This document shows positions 48,283 to 56,565 of a stretch of DNA of 64,000 nucleotides, in pieces. Below the pieces are notes generated by a model. The model did no database searches. It saw only the letters and a program-made list of their open reading frames with translations, and was not told the origin of the DNA. This stretch comes from a virus (lineage: Duplodnaviria; Caudoviricetes), in IMG/VR virus record IMGVR_UViG_3300008110_004617, positions 1 through 64,000 of that record, one strand, 5' to 3'. A program made the position numbers and the translations under genes. Each line of letters begins with the position of its first letter. Positions within the stretch are counted from its first letter, which is position 1.

Positions 48283-49054
48283 TATATTTTTACGAACTTG
48301 CGACGTCACAAACGTTCATACTGATTGGCGAGTTAGATACCACGGAATTGAAAAATCAGATCTTATTGTAGGATGTGTATCATCTTTAGTAAACGCAATA
48401 AATAATACTAAAGGAATGGATATTAATCTGACGGTTCTCGACGATCATTCTTCAGAAGATACGGTTCAAAGAATCAAAGAGATCATTCAGAAAGTAGAAA
48501 ATTCTAAACTAATACAACTCGATCAAAGTGGATACAATCATTCTGCTCATCAGCAGTGGATCCTTTGTAGGGATAGCAATTCGGACTTAGTGTATTCTGT
48601 TGAAGACGACTATCTTCACTGCCCCTCGGCAATACAGGAAATGGTTGACTCGTTTTATATGTTTTGCGATAGATTGAAACGAGAAGACATAGTGATATAT
48701 CCATTCGACGAGCCGTCTGAATACGATCCTCCTGCTAGAACAGACTTCATAGTCCATGGCTCTGCTCGTCACTGGAGAACTGGAATATTTACAACAAACG
48801 TCATGATGACTACTCCAAAAATGTTTCGTGACAACTGGGAACTTTTCGAGGTTCTTGCTCTTAAGTATAACGGTGACTATCTTAATCCGAGAACGGAACA
48901 CTACGAAGAGTCAAATACGATCTGGAAGATATGGCAGAGCAACAAAGCGATTAGATTCAATCCGATCCCAAGTCTTGCATTACATATGCAATTTGAGCAA
49001 CAGAAAGATCCTTTTATAGAATGGCAACAATGGTGGAAAGATTACGCAAAATGA
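48272..49054 (+). CDS. GT-A (GT2-like) glycosyltransferase
   Basis: 'VLDDHSS', 'LVYSVEDDYLH', 'PIPSLALHMQ'; paralog of 51466-52269. Confidence 0.7.
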   Translation: MKIDIFLRTCDVTNVHTDWRVRYHGIEKSDLIVGCVSSLVNAINNTKGMDINLTVLDDHSSEDTVQRIKEIIQKVENSKLIQLDQSGYNHSAHQQWILCRDSNSDLVYSVEDDYLHCPSAIQEMVDSFYMFCDRLKREDIVIYPFDEPSEYDPPARTDFIVHGSARHWRTGIFTTNVMMTTPKMFRDNWELFEVLALKYNGDYLNPRTEHYEESNTIWKIWQSNKAIRFNPIPSLALHMQFEQQKDPFIEWQQWWKDYAK

Positions 49055-49845
49055 ACACTACATTTATTATTAACGGCGGTGCAGGAAGAGTAATTGCAGC
49101 GATACCTGCATTAGAAAAATTTCATAGACTAAATCCAAAGAATGATTTTAGAGTAATCGTTCACGGGTGGCAAGACTTATATTGGAGCCATCCTATTCTT
49201 CAACCAAGAACGATAGGAATTCATCAAAAGAATATCTTTGAAGAGTACGTAAAGAATTATGAGCGTACATCTGTTCAGAGAATTGTTGAAGAGTTTAAGC
49301 AGATACATAAGAAGAATAAAGTAGTGGTATTTCAGCCTTATGGAAGTACTATGACGATTTCAAACAATAGACCATACGATATTTCAAACAGAAGTTTAGA
49401 TGTCGATGACTACTTAAAGATCGGAAAGTTTTTAAACGATAAAGACTGTCTAATCTTCTTCTTTGGTAACAGAGAACTCAAACATCCTGGAGATAACTTT
49501 AGCGCGGATCTAACTAACTTTAATCCTGAACTAAGAATGTACATGGCTCTAATAAGCGAGTGTGATTATTTCGTAGGATGCGATAGCGTAGGTCAACATA
49601 TGGCTAGAGCTTTTGATAAACCCGGATCTGTGTTTATGGGTAGTACGTTTGAAAAGAACGTAAGTTATCCTGACCATTTTAAATTCTTTAGAAAACAGGG
49701 ACAAGATCCAGTTTACAGTCCGATTCGCCTTGGTGGAGTAGAATCGGACTTCACGGACAGATTGAATGACGGAATCATGAATTTTTCTGCGAACGAAATT
49801 AACGAGTCCTGCCAAGTAATACTTAAAGACATATATGACGAATAA
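49051..49845 (+). CDS. GT-B (GT9-like) glycosyltransferase-like protein, possibly internally deleted
   Basis: 'FIINGGAGRV..AIPALE', 'VVFQPYG', 'LISECDYFVGCDSVGQHMA.A..K...V..GST...N.SYP'. Confidence 0.65.
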   Translation: MNTTFIINGGAGRVIAAIPALEKFHRLNPKNDFRVIVHGWQDLYWSHPILQPRTIGIHQKNIFEEYVKNYERTSVQRIVEEFKQIHKKNKVVVFQPYGSTMTISNNRPYDISNRSLDVDDYLKIGKFLNDKDCLIFFFGNRELKHPGDNFSADLTNFNPELRMYMALISECDYFVGCDSVGQHMARAFDKPGSVFMGSTFEKNVSYPDHFKFFRKQGQDPVYSPIRLGGVESDFTDRLNDGIMNFSANEINESCQVILKDIYDE

Positions 49846-49856
49846 TTGGAGAATCT

Positions 49857-50402
49857 ATGAGTAACACAAATTTTTCTGTAAATCGTTCTGTAATTAATTA
49901 TATCCACGCAAGAGACTACTTTCCGAAAGATGAAGTAGAACAACTTCGGCCTCTTGTGCAAGATGTGCATTGGGTAGATAAAAAGTTTGGTAAAGAGATG
50001 GAGCATTTCAATCTCATCTTCAACGACATCGATCTTGTAATCGGTAAGATGGTTGGCGACATAGTTGAGATAGATAGAGCAGCGTCAGGAACCCTTCGTA
50101 GAACAATACACGAAGTAATACACTTCGAAGATTTTGCAGACTTAAACGACTGGAGATTCGTCGTTTCACTCGAAGAAAATGAATTTAAGACATATATACA
50201 CAAAGATGGATATAAGAGTGTTCTTGATTTTATTAAAGATGAAGAGAGTCAAGATAAAGAACTCGACTATCTTAATAATGACGAATGGGAAGTAGAGACA
50301 TCAATAAAAATGAAACCAAACGATGTCTTATTCTATCGCCCATGGATCTTTCATTCATTTCAAGACGGCATACTTCACTACTACAAATTAAAAGTATTGT
50401 AA
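49857..50402 (+). CDS. putative 2OG-Fe(II) oxygenase-fold protein (DUF6445-like)
   Basis: 'IHFED' with distal 'W......MKPN..LFYRPWIFHS' fits a DSBH metal triad. Confidence 0.45.
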   Translation: MSNTNFSVNRSVINYIHARDYFPKDEVEQLRPLVQDVHWVDKKFGKEMEHFNLIFNDIDLVIGKMVGDIVEIDRAASGTLRRTIHEVIHFEDFADLNDWRFVVSLEENEFKTYIHKDGYKSVLDFIKDEESQDKELDYLNNDEWEVETSIKMKPNDVLFYRPWIFHSFQDGILHYYKLKVL

Positions 50403-50409
50403 GTGCATA

Positions 50410-51081
50410 ATGTCTATTAACGTTTATGTGGTTACTTCAACTATAGTTACAGGAATTGGCCACATAGATCCGCAGACTAGATTTTATGAAACTATCGAAA
50501 CAATTAAGAGTATAAGAAAACAAGACAAAGATTCATATGTTATATTAATAGATAACTCTTTGTCTAAGTTGCCGGATGCTGAAGAGAATTTAATATCGAG
50601 TATGGCTGACTATTACCTATACGTCGGAGATAGAAAGCAATGTATAGAATTCAACAAGAACGGAGTTCGTTCTGCCGGCGAAGCGTTTATTCTTTTAGTA
50701 TCCTTTGATGTTATTCGTAACGAAATTAGAAACGAAGTAAATAGAATATTCAAGGTGTCCGGAAGATACAGACTTACAGAAAGTTTTGATCCGTTAGAGT
50801 ACGACTCATTCAAAGGAAAATACTGTTTTAAGTCAAGAGAAGAAAACATGAGACACGATGAAACCGCGTGTTTCTTACATACACGCCTTTGGTCCTTTTG
50901 TTACACTTTATTAGATGACGCTAATGACTTATTAAGAAAGTCTCTTAAGACGATTTTTGAAAAAAATGTTAACATAGAAGAAGCCATGTTCGTTAACATA
51001 AATAAAAACTTGATAGCAGAAAAAGATATATTGCATTGTGAAGGTATGCTTGCTATGTGGAATGAAAAGGTATCAGAATGA
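50410..51081 (+). CDS. glycan-locus hypothetical protein (glycosyltransferase-like)
   Basis: 'ETIKSIR...ILIDNS', 'GE..IL', 'RIFKVSGRY.L'; lies inside the sugar cluster. Confidence 0.5.
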   Translation: MSINVYVVTSTIVTGIGHIDPQTRFYETIETIKSIRKQDKDSYVILIDNSLSKLPDAEENLISSMADYYLYVGDRKQCIEFNKNGVRSAGEAFILLVSFDVIRNEIRNEVNRIFKVSGRYRLTESFDPLEYDSFKGKYCFKSREENMRHDETACFLHTRLWSFCYTLLDDANDLLRKSLKTIFEKNVNIEEAMFVNINKNLIAEKDILHCEGMLAMWNEKVSE

Positions 51082-51497
51082 AAGTATTCATAAACGGAAC
51101 TTTTGATATACTGCATCCTGGTCACATGCGGCTTATCACTTTTGCCTCAAACTACGGAGACTATCTAAAGATCGGCATAGACTCAGATAGTAGAGTTAAA
51201 AAACTAAAGGGCGCATCTCGACCAATCAATAACCAAGATACGAGAGCAACTATGCTTTTTCATGTGAAAGGCGTTGACGAAATTTCTATCTTTGACAGTG
51301 AAGAAGAACTGATAAATATTATCAGAGAGTATGAACCGGACTATATGGTTGTCGGTTCTGACTACAGAAATAAAAAAGTGATAGGCAGCGAGTATGCAAA
51401 GAAACTGATATTCTTTGATAGAATAGAAGAATACTCTTCGACTCGAGTGATAGAAAAGATAAGAGATGAACGTACACTATGCGCTGCAAACTTGTGA
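51078..51497 (+). CDS. HldC/RfaE domain II-like heptose-1-phosphate adenylyltransferase (cytidylyltransferase family)
   Basis: HxGH motif in 'NGTFDILHPGH'; 'GIDSDSRVKKLKG.SRPIN', 'VGSDY', 'YSSTRVIEKI'. Confidence 0.85.
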   Translation: MKVFINGTFDILHPGHMRLITFASNYGDYLKIGIDSDSRVKKLKGASRPINNQDTRATMLFHVKGVDEISIFDSEEELINIIREYEPDYMVVGSDYRNKKVIGSEYAKKLIFFDRIEEYSSTRVIEKIRDERTLCAANL

Positions 51498-52269
51498 TAT
51501 CGCGTCAAACCAGGTAACCAAGAGATACTGCTGTGACACGAAACACGAGCTTATTCGAAAGTGCGTGTCTTCTTTCTTTCAATCAGTTCACGAAGCAGCC
51601 AAAAGAGATAGATCTATTAATCATCGCATAGCAATATTCGACGATCATTCTACGCAAGAAACAGTTTACTTTATTCAAGAATGTGTTAAAATATATTCAA
51701 AAGAAAACGTTCAGGTTGAGCTGTATCATCTAGAAAACTTAGGCATAATGAATTCGATCCGCTCTTGCTACGAATGGCTATTGAGTAATGGAACGGATTT
51801 AGTATACCAAGTTCAAGACGATTATCTTTTTGAAAAATCTGCGATAACCGAGGTCATTGATACATACTTTAGGATGCTGATTGAGACAAACACGCAACCA
51901 ATCGTAACACCCTATAATGCGCCGTATCTTTGGTCTGCCGTATATCGAAACAGTACTACTCCGAGAACGATCTTTATGGGAGAGAAGAGATACTGGATTC
52001 AGATATACGACGTGTCTTGTTCGTTTTTAACGAGTCATCAAAATTTCATAAATAATAGTGATATACTCGAGAAGTTCTTAAATCTGGATCCTCGAGATCC
52101 TGAACTTGAAAAGATCTCTCTCAATAAGATAATGGTAGAAAGAGGTTGTCTCGCAGTATGTCCGTTTGAAAGCATTGCTCTGCATATGCAAGGTGAATAC
52201 GAGCGTGATCCGTATGTTGATTGGAAATTATTATGGGACTCTATAGATGAAGATATTATTACTAGGTGA
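51466..52269 (+). CDS. GT-A (GT2-like) glycosyltransferase, paralog of 48272-49054
   Basis: 'IFDDHST', 'LVYQVQDDYLF', 'PFESIALHMQ...DPYVDW'. Confidence 0.7.
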   Translation: MNVHYALQTCDIASNQVTKRYCCDTKHELIRKCVSSFFQSVHEAAKRDRSINHRIAIFDDHSTQETVYFIQECVKIYSKENVQVELYHLENLGIMNSIRSCYEWLLSNGTDLVYQVQDDYLFEKSAITEVIDTYFRMLIETNTQPIVTPYNAPYLWSAVYRNSTTPRTIFMGEKRYWIQIYDVSCSFLTSHQNFINNSDILEKFLNLDPRDPELEKISLNKIMVERGCLAVCPFESIALHMQGEYERDPYVDWKLLWDSIDEDIITR

Positions 52270-52990
52270 CAGCTGTTATGATTACTATCACTACGGTGAA
52301 GTAAACCGTATTAGTCCAGAAGCTCCTATTCCGATCTTTGATCACGTATACACCAAGAAGAAACTTGGCATGATGTCAAACGTTCTTGAGAACTTTCGTT
52401 CTCTTGGAGTAAATCCTGACTATCAGACGTATTTCTTTGAGAATAAGAATCGTTATATAGATGTAAAATCAAAACAACAGTTGCTTCGTGTAGATCAAAG
52501 GATTGAAGAAGAGGGTATTGATACTATCATATATGATGGCGTTCAGTTTAATGAATACGATGCAATCGTTATCTCTGACTATGATAAGGGATTCGTTAGT
52601 TATGACGACATTAAGCGGATACGTCAAGAGTTCAAAGGTCCTGTCTTTATAGATACCAAAAAGAAGTACCTCGCAGATATAGGCAACTGCTTTGTTAAGA
52701 TTAACCAATACGAACACAAGAACTTAATTTCAGAGCCAAAACCAGAAAACCTTATCGTCACTCGCGGCGATGATGGCGCGGTATGGAATAATGTATTATA
52801 CTTCTCACCAAGAGTAGAAGCACATGATGTATGCGGCGCCGGAGACACATTCCTTGCAGCCCTCGTGTTTGAATACCTTCGTAAGGACTGCGATATGGAA
52901 TCGGCAATATTATTCGCAATGAAAGCAGCGGCAGTTACTGTTCAGAAGATCGGTGTATATGCGCCAACTTTAAAAGAGATAGAAGGATAA
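52247..52990 (+). CDS. HldA/RfaE domain I-like heptose-7-phosphate kinase (PfkB family)
   Basis: 'LLGD.C.D.Y.YG...RISPEAPIP', 'QQLLRVD', 'ISDYDKG', 'DVCGAGDTF'. Confidence 0.85.
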   Translation: MKILLLGDSCYDYYHYGEVNRISPEAPIPIFDHVYTKKKLGMMSNVLENFRSLGVNPDYQTYFFENKNRYIDVKSKQQLLRVDQRIEEEGIDTIIYDGVQFNEYDAIVISDYDKGFVSYDDIKRIRQEFKGPVFIDTKKKYLADIGNCFVKINQYEHKNLISEPKPENLIVTRGDDGAVWNNVLYFSPRVEAHDVCGAGDTFLAALVFEYLRKDCDMESAILFAMKAAAVTVQKIGVYAPTLKEIEG

Positions 52991-52996
52991 CATATA

Positions 52997-53635
52997 ATGC
53001 GTTATAATGTGATTAATCATTTAGCCGCGGCTTACTATGACAATAATTGTTCATATCTTGAGATTGGAGTAGAGCACCCCGAAAATTGTTTTAATCTCAT
53101 AAACGCATCGAAAAAATGTTCTGTCGATCCGCAAAAGACAAGACCAGAAGTTCATATTGACTATCAAATGACTTCTGACGAATTCTTTGAGAAGTTGCGT
53201 AATAAGAAGACTGAGTTTGAACCCGATCACAAGTGGGACATCATCTTTATAGACGGCCTTCACTTAGCAGATCAAGTATATCGTGACATACAAAATGCGA
53301 TTAATCACTGTAAAGGATTTGTAGTTTTACACGACTGTGGTCCAGAAAATTTTTATAATGCGCATTCTGACTATAAATTTTTCAAAGAAAACGGCGGAGC
53401 GTGGTGTGGAACCACATGGAAAGCTTTCTATAAGTTTAGGACTGAAACATACCTAAAGACTTATACCGTCGACATAGATTATGGAATTGGAGTCATAGAG
53501 ATGAACTCTGAGGGAACACCAATAAAGCTAGATAATCCGTGGTTTGAATATGGAAAGTTTAAAAACAACATGACTCTAGACTTAGGCTTAATTACACCTA
53601 TTCAATTTATAAATGATCATCCTATTAAGGAGTAG
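52997..53635 (+). CDS. class I SAM-dependent methyltransferase (Methyltransf_24-like)
   Basis: 'YLEIGV', 'SVDP', 'MTSDEFF', 'DIIFIDGLH...QV..D..N', 'VLHDC', 'WCG..WK'. Confidence 0.8.
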   Translation: MRYNVINHLAAAYYDNNCSYLEIGVEHPENCFNLINASKKCSVDPQKTRPEVHIDYQMTSDEFFEKLRNKKTEFEPDHKWDIIFIDGLHLADQVYRDIQNAINHCKGFVVLHDCGPENFYNAHSDYKFFKENGGAWCGTTWKAFYKFRTETYLKTYTVDIDYGIGVIEMNSEGTPIKLDNPWFEYGKFKNNMTLDLGLITPIQFINDHPIKE

Positions 53636-53639
53636 TGAA

Positions 53640-54011
53640 ATGACAAGACTTAACGGATTTGTAGAAAAGGGTTGGGGCCACGAACTTATTTGGGCCACTA
53701 ACGATAAGTATTGTGGAAAGCTTCTAAACTTTAATGCTGGCGCAAAGTTTTCAATGCATTTTCACAGAGAAAAAGACGAGACTTGGTATGTGCTATCTGG
53801 AGAATTTATAGTTCATTGGATAGATACAGAAAACGCTAAGAGACATTCTTTAGTACTTACTACCGGATCAACTTGGAGAAATACACCGCTTCAACCCCAT
53901 CAGATAGAATGTCTCCAAGAAGGTACTATTATTGAAGTTTCAACGCCGGATTCTGTAGAGGATAATTACAGAATAATGCCGGGCGACAGTCAAAAGGAAG
54001 TTACATTATGA
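53640..54011 (+). CDS. cupin-fold sugar isomerase-like protein
   Basis: 'VEKGWGHE.IW..NDKYCGK', 'SMHFH..KDETWYV..G', 'PH', 'EVST.D..EDNYR..PGD'. Confidence 0.75.
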   Translation: MTRLNGFVEKGWGHELIWATNDKYCGKLLNFNAGAKFSMHFHREKDETWYVLSGEFIVHWIDTENAKRHSLVLTTGSTWRNTPLQPHQIECLQEGTIIEVSTPDSVEDNYRIMPGDSQKEVTL

Positions 54012-55033
54012 AAAGAATATTGATTACTGGCGGAGCCGGATTTATTGCTCACCACCTAGTATGTAAAGTGCTCAGAGAGACAGACTGGGAGATCGTTACT
54101 CTCGATAGATTGGACTACAGCGGCAATCTTAATCGCCTCCACGACTCACTACAAGAGTTCGACAGTGAAACGCGCAAGAGAGTAAGCGTGGTGTTTCACG
54201 ACCTTAAAGCTGATATGAACCCGCTCGTTCGTTCAGAAGTAGGAACTGTAAACTACATCGCTCACCTCGCGGCAGGATCGCACGTGGATCGTTCAATCGA
54301 CTATCCGATGGAGTTCGTTCTCGATAACGTAGTTGGAACGTGTAATATACTCGAGTTTGCAAGATCGCAGAAGAGTAACCTTGAGAGATTTATATACTTC
54401 AGTACGGATGAAGTCTTTGGTCCTGCGCCTGATGGAATTAAGTATGGTGAAAACGATCGCTATAACTCTACTAATCCTTATAGTGCGTCAAAAGCAGGCG
54501 GAGAAGAACTTGCCGTTGCGTATGAGAACACATACGGTCTTCCGATCTATATCACTCATACCATGAATGTCTTCGGTCAGAGACAACATCCAGAGAAGTA
54601 CATACCAATGTGCATTAAGCGAGCTCGTGATGGTGAGAAGATTACAATCCACAGCGATAGAACAAAAACGATCCCAGGATCCCGTCACTATATTCATGCA
54701 GAAGACGTTGCTGACGCTGTTCTATTCCTTCTTAAGAACCAATTCGATTTAAAGACAGAATGGGGTGGAGCTAAGTGTCCTAAATTTAACATCGTCGGCG
54801 CAGAAGAGATCAATAACTATGAACTCGCAAAGATCATTGCCGATGCACAGGGTAAGGAACTCAACTACGAGTTTGTTGACTTCCACTCGAGCCGCCCAGG
54901 TCACGACCTTCGTTATGCTCTAGATGGAAGCAAGATGAAGAATCTTGGATGGGAACCTGCTACATCAGTTCGTGAGAGAATTGCAGAAGTAGTGAAGTGG
55001 ACTCTAGAAAATGAGAGATGGCTAAAGACATGA
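54008..55033 (+). CDS. NDP-sugar 4,6-dehydratase (RmlB-like SDR)
   Basis: 'ITGGAGFI', 'HLAAGSHVDRSI', 'STDEVFG', 'PYSASK', 'RPGHDLRYALD'. Confidence 0.88.
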   Translation: MKRILITGGAGFIAHHLVCKVLRETDWEIVTLDRLDYSGNLNRLHDSLQEFDSETRKRVSVVFHDLKADMNPLVRSEVGTVNYIAHLAAGSHVDRSIDYPMEFVLDNVVGTCNILEFARSQKSNLERFIYFSTDEVFGPAPDGIKYGENDRYNSTNPYSASKAGGEELAVAYENTYGLPIYITHTMNVFGQRQHPEKYIPMCIKRARDGEKITIHSDRTKTIPGSRHYIHAEDVADAVLFLLKNQFDLKTEWGGAKCPKFNIVGAEEINNYELAKIIADAQGKELNYEFVDFHSSRPGHDLRYALDGSKMKNLGWEPATSVRERIAEVVKWTLENERWLKT

Positions 55034-55818
55034 AAGTACTCGTTACAGGAACAAACGGATTTATAGGTCAGAACCTAATCAAAAAATTACCATCTGATTG
55101 GGAGTTGGTTAAGTTTGATATTAAGGACTATCCAGACACGCGTCCAAAGTATCTAGATTTTAGCAATCTTGACTGGGTAATCCACCTCGGAGCTCTAAGC
55201 TCAACCACTGAGAAGGATGCTAGAAGAGTGATGGACCTAAACCTTGCGTGGTCCATCGAACTCGCAGAAGAATGCGAGAAACATAATGTGAATTTGCAAT
55301 GGTCTTCGTCCGCATCTGTCTACGGAAACAAGTATAAGTGTCCGGTTGACGAGAGCAAAACTGTGTATCCTCTCAATCTATACGCAATGAGTAAGTATTT
55401 CTTCGAAGAGTATATGAGATCAAAAGCTCATAAATTTATATGGCAAGGATTTCGTTACTTCAATGTATACGGCCCGTGCGAAGATCATAAAGGATCTCAG
55501 GCCAGTCCGTATAATCAATTCGCGAGACAAGCTCGCGAGACTGGCGTCATTCGAGTGTTTGAAGGTTCTGAAAACTATAAGAGAGACTTCATACACGTTG
55601 ATCGTGTAGTAGACGTACATCTTAAAATGATTGAGAAGAAAGAGAGTGGTATCTTTAACCTAGGCTCAGGATCTACTCGCAGCTTTCTTGACGTTGCGAG
55701 AGACGTCGCTCTTATGTACAATGCTAGTATAGAGACAATACCATTTCCTGATCATCTGAGATCTCACTATCAGGAGTATACTCATGCGGACATGTACAAA
55801 TTAAATATGCTTCTCTAA
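55030..55818 (+). CDS. ADP-L-glycero-D-manno-heptose 6-epimerase-like (HldD/RfaD)
   Basis: 'VTGTNGFIG', 'HLGALSSTTE', 'SSASVYG', 'PLNLYAMSK', 'RYFNVYGP.E.HKG.QAS', 'RDFIHV', 'YQEYT.AD'. Confidence 0.82.
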   Translation: MKVLVTGTNGFIGQNLIKKLPSDWELVKFDIKDYPDTRPKYLDFSNLDWVIHLGALSSTTEKDARRVMDLNLAWSIELAEECEKHNVNLQWSSSASVYGNKYKCPVDESKTVYPLNLYAMSKYFFEEYMRSKAHKFIWQGFRYFNVYGPCEDHKGSQASPYNQFARQARETGVIRVFEGSENYKRDFIHVDRVVDVHLKMIEKKESGIFNLGSGSTRSFLDVARDVALMYNASIETIPFPDHLRSHYQEYTHADMYKLNMLL

Positions 55819-55845
55819 TTCTATTATCCTTATCCGATAAATCTC

Positions 55846-55873
55846 ATTATATCTGAATTATTGAAAATGTCAA
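55846..55873 (-). promoter_or_regulatory. consensus sigma70 promoter on the minus strand (antisense to the sugar cluster)
   Basis: Minus strand reads TTGACA-N16-TATAAT (plus-strand tgtcaa 55868-55873 and attata 55846-55851). Confidence 0.55.
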
Positions 55874-55884
55874 CTAAAATAATA

Positions 55885-55928
55885 GGCATACACTCTTTTA
55901 TAAATAGAAACAAAAAAGAGTGTATGCC
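55885..55928 (+). promoter_or_regulatory. 15-bp perfect inverted repeat around a late promoter, masking the downstream translation initiation region
   Basis: GGCATACACTCTTTT (55885-55899) / AAAAGAGTGTATGCC (55914-55928); TATAAATA at 55899-55906; ATG at 55931. Confidence 0.75.
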
Positions 55929-55930
55929 AA

Positions 55931-56269
55931 ATGACGACTATAGCAAACCTATACGTAGACCAAGGCGTCGATTATTCGATTGACCTATTTCTCACCACAA
56001 CCGCCGGTGAAGAGTATGACGCTTCGAATAAATCATTTTACTGTAACATAAAGAAATTATATTCTTCTTCAATTTCCGCAAACGCTGAGATCGCTAGTTT
56101 TCTTAGCGCGAATACTGGTATGATAGAATTATACATTTCACCAGAAACATCCGAAGCTCTCGATCCTGGTAAGTATACATATGATATAATCATGATGAGT
56201 CAAGGCGGAACTCGAGTTAAAGTTTTAGAAGGTCTTATGTTTATCTTGCCAACGGTCACAAGGGTATAA
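55931..56269 (+). CDS. small virion structural/adapter protein of the cyanophage T4-like type
   Basis: 'ANLYVDQG.D', 'KK.YSS', 'L.PGKY.YDI', 'KVLEG.....P.VT'. Confidence 0.7.
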   Translation: MTTIANLYVDQGVDYSIDLFLTTTAGEEYDASNKSFYCNIKKLYSSSISANAEIASFLSANTGMIELYISPETSEALDPGKYTYDIIMMSQGGTRVKVLEGLMFILPTVTRV

Positions 56270-56272
56270 GAC

Positions 56273-56518
56273 ATGTCGGAAACGGTAAGAGTTACGGTTG
56301 GAAGTGAAAGACTAAGAGTTAATGCCGTTGTTGGCAACGAAAAACCTAGAGTTTTTACAAACCAGACAAACTTAATAGTAAGAAGACTTAGAGATCTGGC
56401 AGATGTAGATATGAATACAAATGCTGACGGTTCTATTTTGGTTTACGACTCTGCTTTACAGAAATTTATCGCAACAACAACACTCAGCGAGCAGGTCATA
56501 GATGGCGGCACCTACTGA
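56273..56518 (+). CDS. small fibre-associated hypothetical protein
   Basis: 'L.DL.DVD......DGS.LVYD....KF.A......IDGG.Y'. Confidence 0.7.
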   Translation: MSETVRVTVGSERLRVNAVVGNEKPRVFTNQTNLIVRRLRDLADVDMNTNADGSILVYDSALQKFIATTTLSEQVIDGGTY

Positions 56519-56565
56519 GTAAATAAATAAAGAAAACGACCACATAAAAAGAGTCGAAGAACAAC

